From assembly GCA_000002445.1 (NCBI GenBank), contig CM000208.1, positions 800,001 to 864,000 of the forward strand: a DNA stretch of 64,000 nt. Reading direction: 5' to 3'. The translations under genes were made by a program, and so were the position numbers. Below the pieces are notes generated by a model. It ran no database searches. It saw only the letters and a list, made by a program, of their open reading frames with translations, and had not been told where the DNA came from. Positions 45,100 through 54,849 of the stretch are shown here, piece by piece. The first letter of the stretch is position 1. The number at the start of each line of letters is the position of its first letter. Source of the stretch: Trypanosoma brucei. Lineage: Eukaryota.

Positions 45100-45393
45100 C
45101 ATGAGGAGGAAGGAGGACACTTGGTTCCCGTGACAACGCACACATGAACCCCCTAACAGATTTTTTGTGTGTGCGCAAAAACGCAGGGACACTGTATGAA
45201 TTTTACTACATAAATATCATGAGCTCACTGTTTTTGTGCTTCACATTTCTTCCTTTTACTGTCTTTCCTCCATGAAACATGCATCCTTATTGTTGGAGCC
45301 TATTAACTTGCGTAATTTTCACTGCACTGCATCCCTCTACGTTTTGCAGGTTTTATACACCGTAGACATCTTGTTTTCTTACGCTGACGGAGC

Positions 45394-45858
45394 ATGTTGA
45401 GGCGTGTCCGTCCACTTCGCGCTTGGAACAACCGCCAACACAGTGATAGGGAGCGTGACCGCATTGCCCGGGAGCGGCAGCGGCATATTCTGTACGACAA
45501 CGCCGGTAATGTGAAGCTGTATGGTATCTTGTTTCTGTTGTGGGAGGAATTCCGTGTTCCCATTATTGCAGTAGCCACAGGTTTCTTTGTTTTGCTCGCA
45601 TATAATAAGATTGTGCTGTATTACTCCGCACGGCAGCTAGCTGGTGAGCGGGAGCTTGATCAAAAGAGCGAGTCGGAGGCGAGGCTTTCTGGAAAACTCA
45701 AGGGTGATCGTTATTTGATCAAACCGTGGCGACAAGTCGAGGACCCCGACTTTTTAAACATCCCATCATACGCAGGTAAGGGAGTGTACTCAAGCAAATT
45801 ATTTGAGGATGACGTGGCAAGCACCGACCCACTTTTCAGTGAGCGACGCCGAAACTGA
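45394..45858 (+). CDS. Hypothetical single-pass membrane protein (154 aa)
   Basis: True ATG with poly-Y upstream. A basic N-terminus (RERDRIARERQR) is followed by one TM 'LYGILFLLWEEFRVPIIAVATGFFVLLAY'. Confidence 0.45.
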   Translation: MLRRVRPLRAWNNRQHSDRERDRIARERQRHILYDNAGNVKLYGILFLLWEEFRVPIIAVATGFFVLLAYNKIVLYYSARQLAGERELDQKSESEARLSGKLKGDRYLIKPWRQVEDPDFLNIPSYAGKGVYSSKLFEDDVASTDPLFSERRRN

Positions 45859-46546
45859 GCGTGTGTGAAGTCATTACGAAGGCAATGTGAAGGAGAAGTT
45901 GATGTGTGACCACATACGCAAATACAGTGGCGACGGGAACCATAACCAAGTGAGCACAGTTTCGCGTCTGTGCTGCCGTCCCGAATAAGTTATATCATCA
46001 TATCTGCTTACGATGTGTTGTGCAGGGATTTTTATTTGTTAAGTTTATAGCGGTATCAAATATCTGTTATTATTATTATTATTATTATCGTCATTTCATT
46101 CATCTTGGGTGTGACGGCGTGGACCTCCCGTACAATAACGGGAGGGGCGTGGGAATGACGGGGAGCTCCCTCGCCTTCCCACTCGTGGTCTTTATTTTCT
46201 TGGTGATTCCCGAGTTGTGCGCGTCAGTAGATCCGAGTATCGTTCGTTAGTTGTACATTTGCAACGTGTTCCTCACATTTGTTTTTTTTTCCGCACTTGT
46301 TGGCCGTAGAGGAGGAGTGTTTATGCCATTACGGGTACTTGTACGTTGCTTCACAGCAGCACTTTTCTACTTCCGCCCTCTAAGATGTAGGCCCCATGCG
46401 TTCATTCCTGTCTGCTGATTCATACACATTACCTCGATACCAATAAGATTGTCGTAACAGTTTCCAACATTTACTTTTTTTTTTTTGTTTTATTTTATTT
46501 TTACTGCATGATTTAAACAGAGAAGCACCATTGCGAAGAAGGACAG

Positions 46547-46795
46547 ATGCCCCGAGAGATCAAGAACCTCAAGGAGTTCCTCGCCATTTGCAGCCGTAAG
46601 GACGTCCGCTGTGTGAAGGTTAAGCACAACCCAAAGGTAACCAAATTCAAGGTACGCTGCAGCCGCTACCTTTACACCCTCGTGATGGCTGACAAAAAGA
46701 AGGCTGACAAGATCGAGCGGTCCATTCACCCGACTGTGAAGAAGATAACCGTCACTGCTCGCTCCCACGCCAAGAAGAACACACCAAGCAAGTAA
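46547..46795 (+). CDS. RPL38: 60S ribosomal protein L38 (eL38)
   Basis: True ATG. 82 aa '[57 protein letters not shown]' aligns along its length with eukaryotic eL38 ([60 protein letters not shown]). The overlapping minus-strand ORF 46490..47197 is spurious. Confidence 0.9.
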   Translation: MPREIKNLKEFLAICSRKDVRCVKVKHNPKVTKFKVRCSRYLYTLVMADKKKADKIERSIHPTVKKITVTARSHAKKNTPSK

Positions 46796-47230
46796 GTTGT
46801 ACGACTCCGTGCGCTGGGTGGAATTATAGGGGGATGAAGGAAGAGCCGAGCAAAGTTTCACAATGGAGTGCTTTTGTAACCATAACCCATGGACGGTTGC
46901 TCTTTCCTTCGTCACCAAGAAAGTGGCACGCTTCTCAATCAATAGTTGCTTCGTTTTTTCCTTTTCCGTACTTTTTTTTTGTTTCATTTGAAAAATGAGT
47001 ACATTACTGTATTCAATCCCCACATCCCCTTGTCGATGTGCCCCTCTCTGTTCGCCTACACCAAATGGGCAGTACTTGTGCATTTGGTGACGCTCTGTGT
47101 TACTCTCACCTGGCGTTTTTGTCATTTCTTTTTTTCTCCTTTTCCATTCAACTATGGAACATGCCGCCTTCGGGTTCGTTTTATTAAAGTGCAGCACACT
47201 TTCGCCCGCAGGAACAAGCGGGATTTTATT

Positions 47231-48052
47231 ATGCGCAGCCTCCGCTCAATTTGCGCTTCGGAGCCCCGGTGCTCGCGCTTTAATACTCATAGTTTTCGGT
47301 TGAGAGCGGCGGGCACGTCTCCGGGGGCGGGAGTCTCCGCGTCTCGAACCACCGACTGCGTTACTGCCCTATTCGACGTGGGCGTGGGATCTGTGGAGGA
47401 GATATTTTCATTGCCTGCACCTCAATTGCAGAAAAATTGTGGGGATGTAGTGGGGTCTGTGTTCCGGAAGGAACTGAAAAACGCGAGAGTTGGTAATCAA
47501 GACTTTAGCGAAGTACTGTGGATGGCAACGACACGCGGGGAATTGCTTTCGGATATCAGGAAGCTTTTTCGCCACGCCGGAGTCGAGGAAGCATATGCAG
47601 ATCCCAACGTAACTACTCACCCCTCAGGAGTGCCGATTGGTATCAGGGACGAGCATAATGGTTGGTATTCCCAACAGCCACATTATTCCCCTCCAGTTTT
47701 TCCTTCTACGGCAGCAGTATCTCCTCGCAGTCCATGGGCAGCAGGAATGGATGTGTTTAGTTACGCTTTTGCGTATGGTTTTTGGCAGCAGCGGCGGGAG
47801 TCGCTTCAGCTGGCGCACCATCAGATGCAGAAACTTTCTTCCGATATTCAATATGTCAAAGAAGCTTTGGATGGGGACCACCGAAATAGACTGAGGTTAA
47901 GCTTGAGGCTGTGGTGCATGTTTTTATTCCCTTTCTCCTTGTTGGTTCTCCTCCTTCTATCCACAGATCAAATTCTCTACGTTGCAGAACTGAAACGAGT
48001 TGGTTTGTGTGATTATGATGCGTGGCAGAGGCGCTACCCCAGAGGCCGTTAA
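47231..48052 (+). CDS. Hypothetical protein with a C-terminal transmembrane anchor
   Basis: Track start 46946 is TTG and its first 95 aa are poly-pyrimidine translation. The first ATG is 47231. The C-terminus 'LRLWCMFLFPFSLLVLLLLS' suggests a tail-anchored protein. Confidence 0.45.
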   Translation: MRSLRSICASEPRCSRFNTHSFRLRAAGTSPGAGVSASRTTDCVTALFDVGVGSVEEIFSLPAPQLQKNCGDVVGSVFRKELKNARVGNQDFSEVLWMATTRGELLSDIRKLFRHAGVEEAYADPNVTTHPSGVPIGIRDEHNGWYSQQPHYSPPVFPSTAAVSPRSPWAAGMDVFSYAFAYGFWQQRRESLQLAHHQMQKLSSDIQYVKEALDGDHRNRLRLSLRLWCMFLFPFSLLVLLLLSTDQILYVAELKRVGLCDYDAWQRRYPRGR

Positions 48053-48518
48053 TTCTTATACGAGGTGCATGTGTTTCAGTTTTTCACAGGCATAATGCAG
48101 AGAAATACCTTTGCCCACATCCCCAACAATTGTTGTTGTCGCAGGCGACGGCGGTGTGGAGACAAAAGTTCTCCCACCATCTTTTTCACCTTTTACAATT
48201 ATTCGTGACGCTCATGTGTGATGTGCGGTTGTACACAGTTTCTCGTCGACGGATGTGGGTCCAACGTTTGAGTGTTGCGCGCACATGTGAGTCCATGGAA
48301 TAACAACGATGTCGTCTAAATATGGTGGAACTCAGTGCATATCTGAGTTATGTCTGCTCCACGGATTTCGAACGTGTGGACGCGTACGTTTAGGTCTGTA
48401 TACGTTCTGTAAATTTAGCTTTCTTTGGCCTCTTCCTTTCCTTCGGCGCATTTCTCTCTCCCTCTCCCTATATGGTAATGTCAATAGTAGGTTTTGACTA
48501 AGAGCTGGTGCCTACGGG

Positions 48519-50144
48519 ATGACAGAGGTAGCCGTTGATTGTTTCCCGACTCCAACCGTCAGCAGCCACAGTTTATCCAACGAAGTGAACAACAACGGGC
48601 GTGGTGGAGTGTCCTCTGGTGGCATGGTAGCGGTGGAAGACAAAGTGGCGCTGTTGCTGGCCGGTGCGAGGAAGTTGCTTGAGGAACCAACACCATCATT
48701 ATCGTGTCATGCCGAAGAGGTGTTGCCATGTGATGATGAGGAGGAGTGCCGACGCCGCTTGCGGTTTCTAGAGGCAGCCCATGCTTTTGTGGAGCAACAA
48801 CATGTAACTCAGAGGTATTTGAAGCGGGCTGTGGTTTCCTCACGATCAATAGGTGTGAACGCATGGACCAGCGAACAGACGCGAGGGGGCTTGCCTCACT
48901 GTTCAGCACGCGACTTGCCAGCAGTCGCTGTTATGATAGATGGGGAGCTAACTGATTGTGAAACTGAGGAGTGCCCAACAAGACACAACTTGTGCTTTTC
49001 CACTGTCTTACACATAAAGCCACGCGGTTTGTGGGCGAAGGACGCGGCTGTGCGGCGTCAGGGTCAGTACTGTAAGCAGTGCTTGGATCCGTTACACAGG
49101 TATAAGATCCCTCTTCCTGTGTGGAAGGAGGCTCGTTTTTGTTATTTCACTGGGATGTACTACTGTAATATGTGTAACTCTAGCCGCTATTCGGTGATTC
49201 CTGCGTTTGTTTTGAAGAAGTGGGATTTTAAACCGCGACCAGTGTGCAACGACGCGTATGAATTCTTGAAGTATCACCATAAGCATCCAATTTATCGCGT
49301 GTGTGCTCTTAATCCACGACTATACGAGCGAGTGGCACTGCTGCGGGTGGCCCGGAACCTGCGATCGCAGTTGATGAAATTGCGTGATGTGGGCATGAAG
49401 TGTGCTGTGCTGCGTCACCTTCTCTACCTTCACGACGCTCCTGTCGAACTTGAAAGGGACAGCAATCGTCGCCCCTCCAGAACCACAACCAACGCCTCAG
49501 CTACCAACCATGTAGCCACCTTTGTTGCCAGTGATGGTGATGCCGCCTCGTTTGCCGCTGATTGCTACGTGCCACGCACCCGGCGGTATTTATTGGAGAA
49601 CTGTGAACTTTGGTCATTATCTGACCTTGAGGATGTACGCCGTGGGCAGTTGTTGTTCCGTCAGGAGAGCGCTGGGCGCACAATGGCTTTTATAAAAGAT
49701 ACTTCCCTTATCTCGCAGTTGGCGGCATACAGCAAAGGTACAGCCGCTTTGTGTGGTGAATGCGATACGACTGTTTACCTCAAGCAAGTGCGATCTCGAA
49801 TTTTACGGCACATTCTTGTACACAGTTGTGCGACTTGCCTTGTTAATAGTGTTGACGTGTGTAGCATCTGTTGCCCTGCGGAGGTGGCTCAAAAGTTAGA
49901 GTGCATTAATGAGCAAACTCGAGGAGGTACACCGTTCGGAACCTGTGAGCATTTTTTTGGCTCGTTGATCAAAGATGTTTCAGTGTTGCCTTTTCTTGTT
50001 TATGTTTTCGACACATTGCATGTGTTCTGTTGCACCGGGTGTGGTAGTGCTTATCACAGACGCTGTTTTAAGGAAATGCAACATACCAAGGGCGATTTAA
50101 CATGCTGCCCGCGCTGCAGAGCAACACAGTTGATAAAAGAGTGA
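48519..50144 (+). CDS. Cysteine-rich protein with a Rubicon-homology (RH/DUF4206, DEF8/PLEKHM1/Rubicon-type) zinc-binding domain
   Basis: True ATG. 'QYCKQCLDPLHRYKIPLPVWKEARFCYFTGMYYCNMCNSSRYSVIPAFVLKKWDFKPRPVCNDAYEFL' parallels the Rubicon RH core '[45 protein letters not shown]'. Further C/H clusters 'CGECDTTVYL', 'CATCLVNSVDVCSICC' and 'CCTGCGSAYHRRCF...CCPRCRATQ' complete a multi-zinc module. Confidence 0.7.
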   Translation: MTEVAVDCFPTPTVSSHSLSNEVNNNGRGGVSSGGMVAVEDKVALLLAGARKLLEEPTPSLSCHAEEVLPCDDEEECRRRLRFLEAAHAFVEQQHVTQRYLKRAVVSSRSIGVNAWTSEQTRGGLPHCSARDLPAVAVMIDGELTDCETEECPTRHNLCFSTVLHIKPRGLWAKDAAVRRQGQYCKQCLDPLHRYKIPLPVWKEARFCYFTGMYYCNMCNSSRYSVIPAFVLKKWDFKPRPVCNDAYEFLKYHHKHPIYRVCALNPRLYERVALLRVARNLRSQLMKLRDVGMKCAVLRHLLYLHDAPVELERDSNRRPSRTTTNASATNHVATFVASDGDAASFAADCYVPRTRRYLLENCELWSLSDLEDVRRGQLLFRQESAGRTMAFIKDTSLISQLAAYSKGTAALCGECDTTVYLKQVRSRILRHILVHSCATCLVNSVDVCSICCPAEVAQKLECINEQTRGGTPFGTCEHFFGSLIKDVSVLPFLVYVFDTLHVFCCTGCGSAYHRRCFKEMQHTKGDLTCCPRCRATQLIKE

Positions 50145-51198
50145 AAAAGTCTTGATGCCGATGCTGATGCGGGCGATTTCTGCCACCTGACTATGCCACC
50201 TCGCGCAACGCGGTGTGAAAGCAAGGGGGATGCTGTGGTGGCTTCTGCTATTTGTTTATTTGTATCAACTGTATTTTGTTTATTCTTTATTATTTGTTTT
50301 ATTATATATATATATATATTTATTTATTTATTTAAAAATTGCACGATTGTTATTTTACAATTATCATTGCGAGAGAGGAACTGAGGTGTGTGTGTGTGTG
50401 TGTGCCATAGGGAAGGAATGGCCGTGGTAGTTGTGAGCGTCGATTCTGTGGTGACCCCGTGGGCCACGAAAGCGTTACATTTGAAAGCTTTTTATTTTTT
50501 TTTCTTCGTCCCTACTCTCACCATGTATTTTGTGGGAATACTGTTGGGTCCATGAAGAAACATGTGCATTGTTAACGTTGATGTGAGTGGAAATATTGAG
50601 ATTTGGCAATGACAATCATTATTGCTGTTACTTTCTTGTCTTATTCTTTGTTGTTACTGCAGCCATTACCGTTACCTTCCACGGTGAAGGAATTATCTTT
50701 AATGGTGCTTCGTGCTAATTCGATTGCCACGGCGGGTCATTTCACCCTGCCGATCTTCCTTTGATGTAGCGGTCGTTTACTGCCATAGTTTCTGTTCGTG
50801 TGAGGACCGCTGTTGTGCACCCAGTGGGTGTTCACTCAGTAACCCCTTTTGTGACCCTCGATTATTTGTGTCACGCAGTTGCGTGACACCCCCTCCGCCC
50901 TCAATTAAATTGTTACCTAATGCGGCACCAGTTAAACTTTTGTTCTTTCTCCGTCTCGTATATTCCACACCCCCATCTCTTCCCCTTATATTCTCTACTT
51001 TCTTTTTTGTTGTTCTTTTACCTTCATCTTCCACCTAGTGGGTAGTGACCAAAAACATATTGTAGTAGCGCCACTCATACCGGTGGCGGCGGGAAACGTT
51101 GTTAACTAAGTGTCATATTAGTTCCCTCTAGTGGATACCTGGAATTGGCGCACGGCCATTTCTACTGCTTTGTCTAATTTGCCACCTCACACCACGCC

Positions 51199-54039
51199 AT
51201 GAGTACCGAGAACGAGGGCGAATCAAAAGAAAACCCCTCGTATCTCACTGTAGAATTAGAGCATGTCGGCCATGTCTCCATCGATGCAATTGAGCACCAC
51301 TACATGGAGTTGCAAAAGGAACTAGCGATGGAGCCACATTTGCGACCACTGCGTGAGGAATATGAGAAGATCCACCGCCTCCTCCGTAAAAGTCACGATG
51401 GGGAGAAGCGCTTGATGGCAAAGATAAAGGAATTAGATCATGACTTGATTACACATGCGGCGAACGTTGAAAGTGCGCTGAAACTCGCTCGGCAAGATGA
51501 GGACGTGATTGAGGCCCTGAGGAGGGAAATAGAAAAGGCCTGGTCACTTGCTGACAGCGCGCATGCTCGTGAAAAGGAAACGCGGGAACAAATACAGGAG
51601 TTGCGCCAGCAGGTGGTGCGTCTTAATGGGTTAGTGGATAAAAACACAAGCAGTACATTGGGACAGGAAAACTTTCTCCGCGATCTTATTAAGGCGAAGA
51701 AAGAGTTTGAAAACGAGCGTCTAATGGCACAAGCTAAGGCGGAGCGGCTCGTGGATGAACGGCTATTTGCTCAGAGGAAGATGCACAAACTGCGAGAGGA
51801 TAGTGAATGTGTGCGGCATAGCCTTGAGAACACGCTCAAGAACTATGAAGGCTGTCTACGTAACCTCTCCGATACCAAACGGGATCGCGAGAGTCTGGAG
51901 CAGCAGGTGCGGGAGTACCGTGTAGAAGCGGATGAACATTTGAAAGAGATAGCAAGCGTCCGTCAATCGGTGGCCGAGTTAGCAAAAGAGGAGGAAAAGC
52001 TGAAAGCACTTGCGCTTTCAGAACGGGATTCTGTGGGGCAATTAGCTAAGCAATTGGAAGAACAACAGGACCGATTTAAGAAAGAGGCTGACAAACTTGC
52101 CGCTGTTGAGGCGCACAATGCAGAAATGAAGCAGGAGATACCAAAGATGAGAATGACGCTAAAGGGCCGGCATGCAGAGGTGGAGCGACTTGCCTTATCC
52201 TTACGAAAGGCTCGTAAAGGAGCCGGGGTCCAGCAGACCGAAATAGACAAGCAGATGCAGACGAGGGCTTCGCTGATGGAACAAACGGAGAAAATGCACA
52301 CCGCTATTGAAGAGCTTCTGCGTACATTAGACGACCACGTCAAAGCGTTGCATGATGAAGAGGTCCGATTGAAGGGAGCCATGCCCATAAAAACAAAACT
52401 CCTCACTGAAAATTCGCGCGTTGATAGTGAGAAGGCTATGATGGAGGGCCAGCGGATGCTGGAAGAGGGTAAGCGACGTAACTTAACCCAACAACTAGAA
52501 AAACTTCTTCGGGATAACGAAACAATGCGAAAGAAAATATTTGAACTGGAACAAAATCAGGCGAAAATCCTTGACAATGGACAGCGAGAGGCTTTGCAGT
52601 ATCATCGGGTGCTTGAGCAAACACGTAAGCAACAAGGACAGGCTAAGTTACTGCAGCAGCAGTTGGAGGACAATGAAAAGCGTCTTAAAGCGCAACAGGA
52701 TTTGCTTGACCGAGTCTCCGCAGACCGCGCACGAACGGAAAAGCGGTTGAAGGAAAGTGAACTTGAGTGTTCTGGGTTGAAGCAGCGGTATAATCACAAT
52801 GGGGAGGAGATTCAGTTGTTGAAGATGCAAATTATAGGCAAGGAGGGCGCACTTTGCCGCATTCATATGGTACGCAAGCAACTTCAGCGTGACATCGCCA
52901 ATGCTGAGGAGCGCGCAAGCCACCTGAAGGAAGACGGTACGAGCGCTACCAACCGCTACGAGACGCTAAAGGGAGAGGTAAAGCAACTCAGTCACTTAAT
53001 AGCCGAGTGTGACGCAGAGAAGAGTAAGTACCAATCTAAATTTGCTGCACTTGTTAACGAACGGAATGTACTTGCTACCCAGTTGGTTCGTCGTAACGAA
53101 GAGCTGCGCCTCCTCCACAGCAAAATACGTTTGCAGGAGTGTAGTATTGAAAAAGGTGCGGAGGACTACAACAAGCGTGTGCGGGCTGTGATGGGGAAGC
53201 GAAGTGAACTTGAAGAGCTGCGACTGCGTTGTCGAGTTGCCCTTGCCCGCATGCTTCACGCGGAAAAACTGAGACGGCGAAAACAAAAAATCGAGCGTGA
53301 CCTCTTTACTGAAAAGCGTCGCTCTCGTGCCCTCGCTGACGAGCTTCAACGTCCTGTAAATGTGCACCGATGGCGGCGACTTGAAGGCAATGCCCCCGAG
53401 ATTCTCGACGGCATTTACAAAGTTCACACTCTAGAACGACAGATACTTAAGAAACAAGATTTGCTCGTGGAAAAGACAAAACAATTGGCTGCTCGCAATG
53501 CAGAATATGAGACTGTTAGGAAAAAGCTTGCCGAACTTCAAGGCCCGGAGGTAGCGGGGGAGTTGAGCTTATATGACGAAAACTTGCAATGTCGTCGCGA
53601 ACAAATACGGGGTCTTGACACCGAACTTCAGGAGGTTGAACAGCACGTGGACGTAGTGGCTGAGGAAGTGAAGCAACTGACAGTAGAGTTATGTGAGGTA
53701 AAGCGGCGGTATTATAATGCGAAGCATAAGAATGACCTGCTCCGCCGTGAGCAAGGTGCTTTCCGCGCCATGTGGGGTGGGTCTTCAGCGGTCGCTAGGA
53801 CTGCACTCGCCGCAATCGAAAACGCTTCGGAGCGCCGGCAGCTCCAGCAACAAGGATCAATTTCCAGTCGTCGGCAACCGCTATGGCGCACGCGGGCGCA
53901 AAAGCGCCGCGAGCAAATTAAACAGGAGGAACAAATCGTTCAGGTACTATCGACTGGTGCACCAGCGCCAAGTTTTCCTCTTCAAGTCCCACCAGGTCAG
54001 CGCATTTTCTTGGGGGGTGGTTTTGCGCTAACTCGGTGA
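51199..54039 (+). CDS. Large coiled-coil protein (946 aa), likely cytoskeletal or flagellar
   Basis: True ATG. Almost the entire ORF is E/K/R/L/Q-rich heptad repeats. There is no enzymatic motif. Confidence 0.65.
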   Translation: MSTENEGESKENPSYLTVELEHVGHVSIDAIEHHYMELQKELAMEPHLRPLREEYEKIHRLLRKSHDGEKRLMAKIKELDHDLITHAANVESALKLARQDEDVIEALRREIEKAWSLADSAHAREKETREQIQELRQQVVRLNGLVDKNTSSTLGQENFLRDLIKAKKEFENERLMAQAKAERLVDERLFAQRKMHKLREDSECVRHSLENTLKNYEGCLRNLSDTKRDRESLEQQVREYRVEADEHLKEIASVRQSVAELAKEEEKLKALALSERDSVGQLAKQLEEQQDRFKKEADKLAAVEAHNAEMKQEIPKMRMTLKGRHAEVERLALSLRKARKGAGVQQTEIDKQMQTRASLMEQTEKMHTAIEELLRTLDDHVKALHDEEVRLKGAMPIKTKLLTENSRVDSEKAMMEGQRMLEEGKRRNLTQQLEKLLRDNETMRKKIFELEQNQAKILDNGQREALQYHRVLEQTRKQQGQAKLLQQQLEDNEKRLKAQQDLLDRVSADRARTEKRLKESELECSGLKQRYNHNGEEIQLLKMQIIGKEGALCRIHMVRKQLQRDIANAEERASHLKEDGTSATNRYETLKGEVKQLSHLIAECDAEKSKYQSKFAALVNERNVLATQLVRRNEELRLLHSKIRLQECSIEKGAEDYNKRVRAVMGKRSELEELRLRCRVALARMLHAEKLRRRKQKIERDLFTEKRRSRALADELQRPVNVHRWRRLEGNAPEILDGIYKVHTLERQILKKQDLLVEKTKQLAARNAEYETVRKKLAELQGPEVAGELSLYDENLQCRREQIRGLDTELQEVEQHVDVVAEEVKQLTVELCEVKRRYYNAKHKNDLLRREQGAFRAMWGGSSAVARTALAAIENASERRQLQQQGSISSRRQPLWRTRAQKRREQIKQEEQIVQVLSTGAPAPSFPLQVPPGQRIFLGGGFALTR

Positions 54040-54849
54040 CTTTGCTCTGCTTGTTTCACATCGTCGGGTAAAGGATGTGTGTAGAGAGTTTGTGAATGCT
54101 GTGGTGTTGTTCCTGCGTCTTATGTGTGAAAAATAGGCGTGGAAATGTGAGACTGGCGGGGCTCCCTAGTGTAATTATTGTATGAGTGACTGAGGGCATA
54201 TACAGAGGAGGCGAGGAAGTCAGCGGAGTGGATGAGACCCAAGCAACGAAAATGTCGTGCGATGATTATTCTCTCCCATTTTAATGTCCAACAGTAGTAG
54301 ACTATTCAGCTTTCAATGTATGCAATTTTTTTGTTGTTTTTTTTGTTGTGTCTCCTTCCTTGTTATCTTCGTTGGACCTGACGAATGGTGGGAGGGAGCC
54401 TGCGGAACATGAGGCGCACCCGTTCGTCCACTTGTCGCTGAAACCAAATTGGTATGTATATTACAGGGAGGGGGGAGAAAGGTGAGAGGTGTTGTTTTGT
54501 TAGCAGTCGTTGAGAAGGGTGTCGTCGTATACAGAATTATATAATATATATACATATATATATATATATTATGTATGGGAAGCATATACTTGTATTTACT
54601 GTGAGTGTATTGTGGACGTGTGTTGTGCGGTTCCTTTTGAACTTTTTTCTGGCGTAGGCGGCCATTCTGCCTTTTGTATTCCCCCCCTTCCTCTTCACCA
54701 AATTTTTACTACAACACCGAAAGGAAAAAAATAATTATTATTGGACGACGTAAGTCAAATGGCGGACTCAAATATTTTTGCATACCCTGTGCATGTGATT
54801 TATTATTATTTCGTCTTTCTATCCCAATATGACGTTTATATAGAATGCG

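Noticed and set aside
44586-45192. Minus-strand ORFs 44586..45143 and 44803..45192 with HTHTHAHTH / CVCVCVC repeats
   Set aside because: Pure translation of (GT)n/(CA)n microsatellites. Not coding.
45394-45858. Considered calling the 154-aa TM protein a complex I accessory subunit (GRIM-19/NDUFA13-like)
   Set aside because: Only a vague resemblance (a basic 'WN.R..RER' stretch near a single TM), and the order of elements differs. It is left as hypothetical.
46490-47197. 235-aa minus-strand ORF overlapping RPL38
   Set aside because: Antisense to a clear, conserved eL38 reading frame in a unidirectional cluster. Its sequence is unconvincing.
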